This document shows positions 52,601 to 64,000 of a stretch of DNA of 64,000 nt, piece by piece. The DNA is from Macrostomum lignano (lineage: Eukaryota). The position numbers and the translations under genes are program-made. A model generated the notes under the pieces. It saw only the letters and a program-made list of their open reading frames with translations. It ran no database searches and was not told the origin of the DNA. Position 1 is the stretch's first letter, and each line of letters starts with the position of its first letter. The stretch covers positions 1-64,000 of the forward strand of contig NIVC01002504.1 in assembly GCA_002269645.1 (NCBI GenBank). The letters run 5' to 3'.

Positions 52601-55600
52601 GGAAGCATTGCAACACACTGACAACACAGTGGAAGCATTGCAACACAGTGGAAGCATTGGAACACACTGACAACACAGTGGAAGCATTGCAACACACTGA
52701 CAACACAGTGGAAGCATTGCAACACACTGACAACACGGTGGAAGCATTGCAACACACTGACAACACAGTGGAAGCATTGCAACACACTGACAACACAGTG
52801 GAAGCATTGCAACACACTGACAACACAGTGGAAGCATTGCAACACACTGACAACACAGTGGAAGCATTGCAACACAGTGGAAGCATTGCAACACACTGAC
52901 AACACAGTGGAAGCATTGCAACACAGTGGAAGCATTGCAACACACTGACAACACAGTGGAAGCATTGCAACACAGTGGAAGCATTGCAACACACTGACAA
53001 CACAGTGGAAGCATTGCAACACACTGACAACACAGTGGAAGCATTGCAACACACTGACAACACAGTGGAAGCATTGCAACACACTGACAACACAGTGGAA
53101 GCATTGCAACACACTGACAACACAGTGGAAGCATTGCAACACACTGACAACACGGTGGAAGCATTGCAACACACTGACAACACAGTGGAAGCATTGCAAC
53201 ACACTGACAACACAGTGGAAGCATTGCAACACACTGACAACACAGTGGAAGCATTGCAACACACTGATAACACGGTGGAAGCATTGGAACACACTGACAA
53301 CACAGTGGAAGCATTGCAACACACTGATAACACGGTGGAAGCATCGCAACACACTGACAACACAGTGGAAGCATTGCAACACATTGACAACACGGTGGAA
53401 GCATTGCAACACACTGACAACACGGTGGAAGCATTGCAACACACTGACAACACAGTGGAAGCATTGCAACACAGTGGAAGCATTGCAACACACTGACAAC
53501 ACAGTGGAAGCATTGCAACACACTGATAACACGGTGGAAGCATTGCAACACACTGACAACACGGTGGAAGCATTGCAACACACTGACAACACAGTGGAAG
53601 CATTGCAACACAGTGGAAGCATTGCAACACACTGACAACACAGTGGAAGCATTGCAACACACTGACAACACAGTGGAAGCATTGCAACACACTGACAACA
53701 CGGTGGAAGCATTGCAACACACTGACAACACAGTGGAAGCATTGCAACACACTGACAACACAGTGGAAGCATTGCAACACACTGACAACACAGTGGAAGC
53801 ATTGCAACACACTGATAACACGGTGGAAGCATTGGAACACACTGACAACACAGTGGAAGCATTGCAACACACTGATAACACGGTGGAAGCATCGCAACAC
53901 ACTGACAACACAGTGGAAGCATTGCAACACATTGACAACACGGTGGAAGCATTGCAACACACTGACAACACGGTGGAAGCATTGCAACACACTGACAACA
54001 CAGTGGAAGCATTGCAACACAGTGGAAGCATTGCAACACACTGACAACACAGTGGAAGCATTGCAACACACTGACAACACAGTGGAAGCATTGCAACACA
54101 GTGGAAGCATTGCAACACACTGACAACACAGTGGAAGCATTGCAACACACTGACAACACAGTGGAAGCATTGCAACACACTGACAACACAGTGGAAGCAT
54201 TGCAACACACTGATAACACGGTGGAAGCATTGCAACACACTGACAACACGGTGGAAGCATTGCAACACACTGACAACACGGTGGAAACACCCGTAACCAA
54301 TTTTCGTGCTACATTTCGAAATATCTCCGCCAGTTGCTACTTACAGTAACGGGACTAGCTCGAGTAGTGTGGCTAAATGAGGCCACCTCCTCAGGCGTCG
54401 GCATGGCGTAGGACCCGGAGCCGCCGCCACCAACCAGGTGATGCCCGGCCGGCACAATACCCGTGACCAGGTGCGGTGAGACTGACTCGCGTAGCTGACA
54501 GATTGTTTAAGAAAGGATAAAGGACTAACCTCACCTGAGAATCTAACCCCCACCTGAGACTCTATCCCCACCTGAGACTGTATCCCCACCTGAGACTCTA
54601 TCCCCACCTGAGACTGTATCCCCACCTGAGACTGTATCCCCACCTGAGACTCTATCCCCACCTGAGACTCTATCCCCACCTGAGACTCTATCCCCACCTG
54701 AGACTCTATCCAAACCTGAGACTCTATCCCCACCTGAGACTCTATCCCCACCTGAGACTCTATCCGCACCTGAGACTCTATCCCTATCACCTGAGACTCT
54801 ATCCCTATCACCTGAGCCTCTATCCCCACCTGTGACTCTATTCCTTACCACCTGAGATTCTATCCCCACCTGAGCCTCTATCCCTATCACCTGAGACTCT
54901 ATCCCTATCACCTGAGCCTCTATCCCCACCTGAGACTCTATCCCTTATCACCTGAGCCTCTATCCCCACCTGAGACTCTATTCCTTACCACCTGAGATTC
55001 TATCCCCACCTGAGACTTTATCCCCACCTGAGACTCTATCCCTTATCACCTGAGCCTCTATCCCCACCTGAGACTCTAACCCCACCCGAGACTATCCCTT
55101 ACCACCTAAGATTCTATCCCCACCTGAGACTTTATCCCACCTGAGACTCTATCCCCACCTGAGATCCTATCCCCACCTGAGACTATCTCTTACCATCTGG
55201 TACTCTTTCCCTTACCACCTGAGTCTCTATCCCCACCCGAGACTCTATCCCCACCTGAGACTCTATCCTTACTTGAGACTATATCCCTTACCACCTGAGA
55301 CTCTATCCCTTACCATCTGAGACTCTATCCCTTACCATCTGAGACTCTCTCTTACCCGAGACAGCATTGCCAAAGAATGCAATATAATACTAACAGACTT
55401 ACCTGTGCAGAGCCAGCCTGGTAGTAAGTTCCACTGCCTGCAGCTACAGAGCCTCCATAGACGGATGCGTAGTCCTGGTAGTGCCTAAATAGTAGCATTG
55501 GTTTCAATTAGAATAAAAATCACAATCAGATACAAGCTGCGTCAGTTACCGATATGTATCGAAATACAACTTAACATTAACTTACGAAATTTTGTTGCCA

Positions 55601-56932
55601 GGAGAAGCTGATACAACGCTTTTGGTGACAGATTTGCCATTGCTGATCTCGATGTACTCGCTGTGGATTTTGAAGGTTCAAATTATTTAATCACGTTAAA
55701 ATTAAAAGCAGAATTATGAACAAACTAAATTTGTCGTCATATCAATACACCTTGGGCTTTGCAAAGTAATAGATATCTATAATAGAGATCTATAGACAGT
55801 AAGTGAGTCGGACACGAGATCTATAAACAGTGAATGAGTCAGATGCAAGAGATCTATAGATAGTGGGCGAGTTAGAAACACGAGATCTATAGACAGAGAC
55901 AGTAAGTAAGAAACACGAGATCTATAGACATTGAGCGAGTGAGAAACACGAGATTTATAGGCAGTGAGTGAGTCAGATGCAAGAGTTCTATAGATAGTGG
56001 GCGAGTCAGAAACACGAGATCTATAGACAGAGACAGTAAGTAAGAAACACGAGATCTATAGACATTGAGCGAGTGAGAAACACGAGATCTATAGAAATTG
56101 AGCGAGTGAGAAACACGAGATCTATAGACAGTGAGTGAGTCAGATATATGAGATCTATAGACAGTGAGTGAGTCAGATTTATGAGATCTATAGACAGTGA
56201 GTGAGTCAGATATATGAGATCTATAGACAGTGAGTGAGTCAGATTTATGAGATCTATAGACAGTGAGTGAGTCAGATTTATGAGATCTATAGACAGTGAG
56301 TCAGAAACACGAGATCTATAGAAAGTGAGTGAGTCAGAAACACAATATCTATAGACAGTGAGTCAGTGAGTGAGTCAGACACAAAAAAATTCCAAAGTGA
56401 GTTAAACACAGAATAAACACACCAATGGTATCAATTAACCCTTTGTTTACAATTAACAACACCCATGGCTCAATAGGAGGCTTACATTTGAGCTCCTAAC
56501 AACTGCTGATCTGTGGTGACATATTGCACAGTTGGGTAACCACTTTGAGCTGATGCGGCACTGACTGTTATATGTTGTTGCTGTTGCTGCTGCTGCTGTT
56601 GCTGCTGATTGCCTGACGGCAGAGCAATGCTATCCATTGCTGAGTGCTGTCTTTGAGCCTGCGACACTGCTACTAGCTGTTCGTTTGACACTGTTAATGA
56701 AATGACAAAAAATTATTACAAAAAATACGAGATTGCCTACTGATAAGTAGCAAGTAGAGAATGTGTTTTAAAGAATTCAATTTTTCTCACTAATCTTGCT
56801 GGCAGAACCGCCACCTGTAGCAGCAATGATGAACTGCTGACCAGACTGACTGGTGACAATGTGCTGCTTAGGGCTGACTTGGATTATAGTGGCAGTTGGC
56901 CCACTGCCAACCATGCCAGAGGCTGAGTGCAT
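46670..56932 (-). CDS. RFX: RFX1/2/3-type (daf-19-like) winged-helix transcription factor, 857 aa. Exons 56791-56932, 56486-56690, 55586-55660, 55403-55484, 54345-54494, 51657-51838, 50660-50776, 50177-50569, 48845-49187, 46670-47554
   Basis: DNA-binding domain [82 protein letters not shown]. B/C/dimerisation motifs LIPNVLRPIPSSLTQAIRNFAK, LRRYTSLNHLAQAARAVL, LLLKWSLYASLVIRDLTLRSAASFGSFHLLRLL. All nine introns are GT-AG with consistent phases, totalling 2574 nt. The start ATG is inferred because of an upstream in-frame TGA. Confidence 0.95.
47620..48800. repeat. 21-bp minisatellite in RFX intron
   Basis: Tandem CCGATAGGGATAATCTTCCAT. Confidence 0.97.
49205..50050. repeat. 24-bp minisatellite in RFX intron
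   Basis: Tandem ATAGATCACGGATAGATATAGTGG. Confidence 0.96.
50810..51625. repeat. 22-bp minisatellite in the RFX intron that splits the DNA-binding domain
   Basis: Tandem GAGCACACCTAATCCCAATCAT. Confidence 0.96.
51958..54290. repeat. 30-bp minisatellite (~2.3 kb) with interspersed 19-bp deletion units, in RFX intron
   Basis: Tandem CTGACAACACAGTGGAAGCATTGCAACACA. Confidence 0.98.
54530..55350. repeat. 18-bp minisatellite in RFX intron
   Basis: Tandem CCTGAGACTCTATCCCCA and variants. Confidence 0.95.
55785..56385. repeat. Degenerate ~33-bp minisatellite in RFX intron
   Basis: Recurrent GAGATCTATAGACAGTGAGTGAGTCAG. Confidence 0.9.
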
Positions 56933-59269
56933 ATTGTATTGTGCTAATGGCACTTGTCTGTCTGCTGAGAAGCAGTCTGGCAATCACCTAAACATTGATA
57001 AATTTAAGTAGACTTAGTTTTTTTGCAGTCATAAGTGTCCAAGTCCAGCTATAAGTATAGGGTGTATCCATATACAATACTCAGAGCTACAGAGATGCAT
57101 ATAGAAAACAACAGTTCTTATGGCTTAGAAATATGATGTTGAAGCTTTTTCCCATAGATGTTTGTAGCTAAAGTTTTGATTCTTTAACATTTGAATCTTC
57201 TTCAGTATAGAACACTTATTAAAATATATATTACTAATAAACTATCAAAATTTGAGCATAGGTTTCTGCATTGGTAGTTTAGCCTATTCATTTCTAAGCT
57301 AGCTTATATCCAACTGATGGCATAAATTAAAACATTTTAAATTCATTTCTTATCTCATGCCACTTAAATTAAAATATTTAAAAAATAACAAGACTAAGAA
57401 AATAAACTTCTTTTAATATAAGTCTATAATCCAGATCATGTTAAGCATGCATTGATTTTTTGTCTTTTACAGATTATTTATACCAATGAAGTAAATAGGT
57501 TAAAAGCCAAAAAATTAATATTTACTATAGTGTAAAAAGGAAAAACAAATAAAATAGATCAGAAAGAACTTTTATATAGAACTAATAAATTAAAAAAATT
57601 AGAAAGATAAAAAATTTTATTGCTAATTAGTTTTGATATTATAATTTTTTATTTATTTTTGTTTAATACTTTTTTATAAAATTTGTTAATGCTTACCTCT
57701 TTAATTTTTTTTTCATAAATCTTTTTATGTTTTTTTGTGTAAGCCTAATCTAGAATCCCAATTCAAATTTTAGTAGAAATTTTAGGTAAAATGATAGTAT
57801 CTGTATTAATATAGATTATGACTATGGCAATATGGGATAAAAGCTTAGGATGATCTGTTCTAAATGGGATAAGTTTATAATTTTAACAATATTTATAGCC
57901 TAATATATAGATATCACAAAGTTTTATATTTGAAAATTATATTTATATACACATAAGATATATAGTTGGCACTCAATGAGCAAAAAAATTCTATACCAAC
58001 AAAAATTGAAAAAAAGCAAGAAAAATATGCTTATATAATATATTAATAGTATAATTTTTAAAACTAATTTTTAAGAGACTAAACTCCAAACTATCTGTTT
58101 TTGTACTTTTGTATATCAACCATAGTTTGAAAGGCAACATGTATACTAGGATTTCCTGGTGTCCTAGTATACATGTTGTCTACAATATGTAGACAACATG
58201 TATAGTAGACAACAACAGACATACTAGACATACTAGACATACATACTAGACATACTAGACAACAACAGACATAATAGACAACAATAGACAGGTACTCTAC
58301 AGTCTACAATAAGAGTCTTACCATTTTCAGCATACACTGGGATATATCCTAGCATACATAACATAGTAAATACATTATGTCAAATTACATTTTCTTTATA
58401 TTGAAGCACAAACCTAGCATACAAATAGGGTCTCATCATTTTTTGACATTAAACCTGGTGTACACTAATACATAATCCAAACTATGGTATATCAATGATA
58501 AATATCAGACTTGAAATTTCTAGGCCTTATATATCTACCAAATGTATATTATGATTCCTAATATGGAGCAAAAATGTTTCAAAAAGCTCACTTTCTAGAC
58601 TATGGTAAATAAATAATAAGTAGCTTAAATCATTTATTTAAGTAAATTGATTAAATAAAATAAAAATGAAAGTTATACTTACAAAAATCTAACTAGGTTC
58701 AGGATTGGATATAGGTTAATATAAACCTGTCTTTGACCTTCACTTTTTTAGATCAACATGGTACTGGTTATTTGATAAGATAGAGCAAATTACTAAACAA
58801 GTGGTGGACTAAGGATAGGCTATGATAAATAAGAATCATAGTCTAAACTAAAGGGCCTTGCCCTTGCCTAGGCCTATGAATTTAGTTATCTATCTATAGC
58901 AGATATCATTAGCAATAGACCCTCTTAGCATTTCTATATAACACAAATCCACCATACTAAATAATAGGCTGTATGTTGGGAACATTTTGACTTTGGCAAG
59001 ACTAAAGAGAGGGCCTAGCCTTAGGGGTCTAGTTATTCTAGCTAAGCTAGGTCTAAACGAAATGTAAAATCAATTGTATAGGCCCCAATCTCACTCACTA
59101 TACTTTATTTATTATTGGTAAATAAATGAGATTAACTCGCTTAACAGCTGGTTCACAAAATCTATATAACTAAATCTGAATAATTCCTAATTTAACTAGA
59201 AAACAAATTATATATATTACTAATGACGTTAATACCAACGCAGTACATAAAAAAGCAAGAAAATTACCC

Positions 59270-59900
59270 TTTTAGATGTCGGCTTTTGGTTGACAGGCGA
59301 CAGTCGCTAAAGCAAACGGTGGCTATGGCATTCACTATGGAGTTCGTTATGGTGCCAGCCGGTTCCTCCGGCAACAGAGTCTTAAATGCAAATGACATTC
59401 TTGCACTTTTTACAATTTTTTTTTCTGCATGCAAGTTAATTAAAGTATAAATATATTATAAGCTAATAAGAAGATAGTTTGGAAGTTTTTCTATTCTGCT
59501 TATTAACTTAGTAGTTTTTTTGTTTTACTGGTAGATCTACTTTGTTTGCAATTTCGCATTGGTTTAATAACAAGCATATTTTTAACTCAGTCGCACTCTT
59601 CTGCATAACTCTGTCTTTTGCCCTTTCAAATGTTGCGACAGTTTACGACAATCTGTTTTCATACGAACGTATTAACAACTTGATAATAATAATGTCATAA
59701 AACGTGGACTTCTTTTTTTGAACACACACACACACTTAAATGTTGCAATTAATAGCAAAGTGACAGAAAACTTTTCAACGGGCAGATTACCTAAGATTTC
59801 ATAGCTTTTTATTGTTTATTGATTGGCTGATAATGAACAAGAGAATCCATGGTTGTAAAGTAAAATCAGCCAGCAGCGCGCGACTTTCGCATAAAAAGTC
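59270..59900 (-). promoter_or_regulatory. Putative RFX 5'-UTR exon and promoter region
   Basis: Candidate donor AAAAGG|GTAATT near 59270 pairs with the acceptor at 56988. There is an X-box-like GTTGCCGGAGGAAC (59362-59375) and a CCAAT box on the minus strand at about 59822. Confidence 0.3.
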
Positions 59901-60159
59901 ATTAACTGTTTTTAAGTAGAAATAATTAATTAGGTTCTTGACATGTGTGACTGTGTGCTGATGTATTACAAAAACTATCGATTTTGCGAAACGGTTGGAA
60001 TCAGGCTCACACTCATCTCAAAACATTTTAAAATTGTCCATGTATATGAAACCGTCGTACACGTATACAGTGGTTCGGCAGGAATTCAAATTTTATGGGG
60101 TCTCAAACCGAAGTTGGTGCCAATTTGGTGTCTTGGTGTGCGCTCCTATCTTTTAGTGG

Positions 60160-61420
60160 GCACCCATGTCTCTTGGTGGGCGCCCCTTCTCATGGTTGGG
60201 CGCCCCCTGTCTTTTGGTGGGCTCCCCTGTCTCTTTGTGGGCGCCCCTGTCTCTTGGTGGGCGCCCCTGTCTCTTGGTGGGCGCTCCCTGTCTCTTGGTG
60301 GACGCTCCCTGCCTCTTGGTGGGCGCCCCTGTCTCTTGGTGGGCGCTCCCTGTCTCTTGGTGGGCGCTCCCTGTCTCTTGGTGGACGCTCCCTGTCTCTT
60401 GGTGGGCACCCCTGTCTCTTGGTGGGCGCTCCCTGTCTCTTGGTGGGCGCCCCTTCTCATGGTTGGGCGCCCCTGTCTCTTGGTGGGCGCCCCTGTCTCT
60501 TGGTGGGCGCTCCCTGTCTCTTTGGTGGGCGCCCCCTGTCTCTTGGTGGGCGCTCCCTGTCTCTTGGTGGGCGCCCCCTGTCTCTTGGTGGGCGCTCCCT
60601 GTCTCTTGGTGGGCGCCCCCTGTCTCTTGGTGGGCGCTCCCTGTCTCTTGGTGGGCGCCCCCTGTCTCTTGGTGGGCGCCCCCTGTCTCTTGGTGGGCGT
60701 CCCTGTCTCTTGGTGGGCGCCCATGTCTCTTGGTGGGCGCTCCCTGTCTCTTGGTGGACGCTCCCTGTCTCTTGGTGGGCACCCCTGTCTCTTGGTGGGC
60801 GCTCCCTGTCTCTTGGTGGGCGCCCCTTCTCATGGTTGGGCGCCCCTGTCTCTTGGTGGGCGCCCCTGTCTCTTGGTGGGCGCTCCCTGTCTCTTTGGTG
60901 GGCGCCCCCTGTCTCTTGGTGGGCGCTCCCTGTCTCTTGGTGGGCGCCCCCTGTCTCTTGGTGGGCGCTCCCTGTCTCTTGGTGGGCGCCCCCTGTCTCT
61001 TGGTGGGCGCTCCCTGTCTCTTGGTGGGCGCTCCCTGTCTCTTTGGTGGGCGCCCCTGTCTCTTGGTGGGCGCTCCCTGTCTCTTGGTGGGCGCCCCCTG
61101 TCTCTTGGTGGGCGCCCCCTGTTTCTTGGTGGGCGTCCCTGTCTCTTGGTGGGCGCCCATGTCTCTTGGTGGGCGCCCCCTGTTTCTTGGTGGGCGTCCC
61201 TGTCTCTTGGTGGGCGCCCATGTCTCTTGGTGGGCGCCCCTTCTCATGGTTGGGCGCCCCTGTCTCTTGGTGGGCGCCCCTGTCTCTTGGTGGGCGCTCC
61301 CTGTCTCTTTGGTGGGCGCCCCCTGTCTCTTTGGTGGGCGCCCCCTGTCTCTTGGTGGGGGCGTCCCTGTTTTTGGTGGGTGTCTCAGTGGGTGCCCTTT
61401 TTTGATGGGCGCCCCTGTCT
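60160..61420. repeat. ~21-bp GC-rich minisatellite
   Basis: Tandem CCCTGTCTCTTGGTGGGCGCT and variants. Confidence 0.97.
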
Positions 61421-62741
61421 CCCAGGTCGGTGAATCCCACGACGTCCAAGAGGTAGCAATTAAAATTTGAGCTCAGCTTTCATTCGTCGAGCTTGGTTAC
61501 CCAAAAGCACACTTTTTGTGGCGCCGATGTGGCGCCGAGCGCAGCACTGCTACATGCAATTCCATACGCTGCATACATGTATATGTTTTGATATTTTTGC
61601 CTATATCATAGCTGGAGCTGTTAGCTTCATCAATAATTAACCAAGGCATTAACGCATAGATTCTCGAAATGCAAATGCCCAACTGTTTCTGTGACCCAAA
61701 AATAACCTTGTGCAAAATCTGTCGGCAATTAGGGAAAATATAAATGCAGATTCGTGAACACAGTTTCATTGCTCATAAAAGGAGGATGTGACTCCAGGGT
61801 GAAAGAAGAGATCAACACAGGCGGATTGAGTCAATCATTCATCCTGTGTTTGCCAGAGTGGTTCTCAAGCGCAACCCAGTCTGCTTCTGCCGGTATAGCT
61901 GCAAAGCTAATAAAAATATATTAGCCGCATCTCGGATGTGCGTCGCGAATGCTGCGGCTGAATTGTGTTGGGAACCCTCTAAAACTGGGGCAAACATATC
62001 TAGATTATACGAGCGTATGTGCTCAAAACTAGCACGGGAGACGGCAGCTGAGCGCACTCAGTAAACCAGAATCCGTTGTGAAGTTGACGGTTCTTTTATT
62101 CTCCCAAGTAGTCGATTAATATCATATGTACTAAAATATTTAATATGTATTTTATTTATATCAATTGGTTTCATTTTTATGTTTATTAACAATATAGTAA
62201 ACAATGCTTTCTTTTACAGAATTCAAATAGTCATATTAAACATTTTGAATTCTGTGGCTTCGGAGAAGACTGGTCGTGGAGTCGGTCGGCTGCTGTTCCT
62301 ATCGCCAGCAATTTAATTTCCATAAACATTGATAAAAGTAGTTCAAAATCGCTCTCAATTAAGTAGTGTTTCCCACTAAGGTCATCTTCGAAGCCATTCC
62401 ATCGACACTGCAGCTGTTCGTTACCAATTATCTCTTTAGCATCAGCTGTATTTACCACTACATGTACCGTTCGTGTCTGTAACCTACAAATATACATAAT
62501 CCGTAATCGAATATTCGGCTCCGTCAGTTATCGGTCTCCACTAACTGTGTTTTCAATCACTACTTGAATAGCAGCCCGTCAGCACTCGAACTCTCGGACC
62601 AGATATTCGTCACACCGCATCTAAGTAGGACACGGCTAAACTATATGAAGTCAGCTCTTAGCTGGCTTCTTGCAACATTCATACTATAGTTTATTACGTT
62701 TTGCTTTGAAATATTTCTATTAATTTCGAATGTTTCTTTTT

Positions 62742-62930
62742 AGCACCAGGGGCTTTAGCACCAGGGGCTTTAGCACCAGGGGCTTTAGCACCAGGGGCTT
62801 TAGCACCAGGGGCTTTAGCACCAGGGGCTTTAGCACCAGGGGCTTTAGCACCAGGGGCTTTAGCACCAGGGGCTTTAGCACCAGGGGCGCCAGCACCAGG
62901 GACGCCAGCACCAGAGGCGCCAGCTCCAGC
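62742..62930. repeat. 15-bp minisatellite
   Basis: Tandem TTTAGCACCAGGGGC. Confidence 0.95.
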
Positions 62931-63357
62931 CCCAGCGCCAGACGTCGTCTAGAAAAGTGTTCTGATTAAGAATATAACCAAGAACTCAACATTTATAAGA
63001 CAGATACTAAGTATAGAACTCCATGCGCTTCCTCTACAGATTCTGCAGGTCCAGAACTCCATTTTCGCACAGCTCGAAGACAAGAATATTTGCGCAAATT
63101 GAATAAATATAAAACTGTCATGGATAAATTCAGAGTTCCGCTCAAACTAACCGCATGGCTAGAAAAAATGAAATGCGTGGGCGGATAGCGCAGAGAACCG
63201 GAGCTCGAGTTTGAATTGAGATTCCATGCATAGGGAAGCAAACTTCCTCTTCGCAAATTCGGTTTTTTAAACTCTCAGATTTGCATTTGCCGTCAGTTCT
63301 TTCCTTCTTTGCCTCCTCTTATTCTCCAACTGTGAGCACCACTCAAAAGAACAAAGC

Positions 63358-63621
63358 ATGTCGACTGCAAACTTGGCAACAGAAAAAGCCTCAACAACAA
63401 GCCAGCAAAGCGGCAGCCTGTTGCCAAGCCAGCAGCAGTCATCGAAGTCGGCCATCGACACTCTCGCCGCTGATGATTCGCGAATTCAATCGATTTTCGC
63501 CTACGGATCCTGGATCTGGAAGCCGCACTTTCGCTACAAGGAGCTGGCGATTGGCATAGCCTTGGGCTTTTCTAGACAGCTTTTCCAGGGCTCTTTCCAG
63601 GACTACGGCAGGCCCAGCTGG
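63358..63621 (+). CDS. chaC: ChaC-family gamma-glutamylcyclotransferase-like protein, copy 2 (first coding exon; the gene continues beyond the window)
   Basis: IQSIFAYGSWIWKPHFRY...IALGFSRQLFQGSFQDYGRPSW, then donor GTGAGG at 63622. The intron position and phase match ChaC copy 1. Confidence 0.75.
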
Positions 63622-63624
63622 GTG

Positions 63625-64000
63625 AGGCTGCCGGCTGATTGGCTGGCTGGTGATTGCAGGCTGGTGATTGGCTGAGAATTGGAGGCTGTTGACTGGCTTC
63701 CTGGGAACTGCAGACTATTGATTGGCTTGGGATTGGAAGCTGCTGATTGGCTGGCTGGGGATTGCAGGATATTGGCTGGGGATTCTGTTGATTGGCTGGC
63801 TGGGAATTGCAGGCTGCTGATTGGCTGGAGATTGAAAGCTGCTGATTGGCTGGGGATTGTATTCTGCTGATTGGCTGGCTGGGAATTGCAGGCTGCCGAT
63901 TGGCTAGGGATTGAAAGCTGCTGATTAGCTATGGATTGGGGGCTGCTGATTAGCTGGCTGGGGATTGCAAGCTGCTGTTAGCTGGGATTTGCAGGCTGAT
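63625..64000. repeat. Degenerate minisatellite in the ChaC copy 2 intron
   Basis: Recurrent GCTGATTGGCTGGCTGGG-like units. Confidence 0.85.

Noticed and set aside
51901-54349. 770-799 aa Cys-rich ORFs and their antisense partners
   Set aside because: They are translations of a 30-bp intronic minisatellite that is open in several frames and lies inside a phase-consistent RFX intron.
59943-61470. 430-496 aa ORFs on both strands
   Set aside because: They translate a ~21-bp tandem repeat and show no domain signal.

Overview
This is eukaryotic (metazoan) genomic DNA. It has GC-rich exons with GT-AG introns, and most long introns are filled by their own 15-43 bp minisatellite. This architecture and the gene families fit a flatworm such as Macrostomum (inference, not proven). 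Genes supported by the sequence: an intronless secreted PAN-like/LamG-like protein (-), a GMP synthase whose glutaminase domain is not found in the window (+), two divergent ChaC-family gamma-glutamylcyclotransferases (+; the second runs off the window end), a secreted fibrinogen-related protein (+), cadherin-repeat exon fragments (-), a two-exon rhodopsin-like GPCR (-), and a complete 10-exon RFX1/2/3 (daf-19-like) transcription factor (-). Mobile DNA: a decayed Ty3/Gypsy retrotransposon, an RTE-like LINE 3' fragment, two copies of a tRNA-headed SINE, a CORE-type SINE, a solo LTR with a 4-bp TSD, a foldback element, and a probable Polinton/adintovirus capsid remnant. Most long ORFs in the supplied track are translations of tandem repeats. 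No CRISPR, rRNA or true tRNA gene is supported. I found no clearly new multi-gene system. The best leads are the endogenous capsid remnant, the GATase-less GMPS, the divergent ChaC pair and the one-intron-one-minisatellite pattern.
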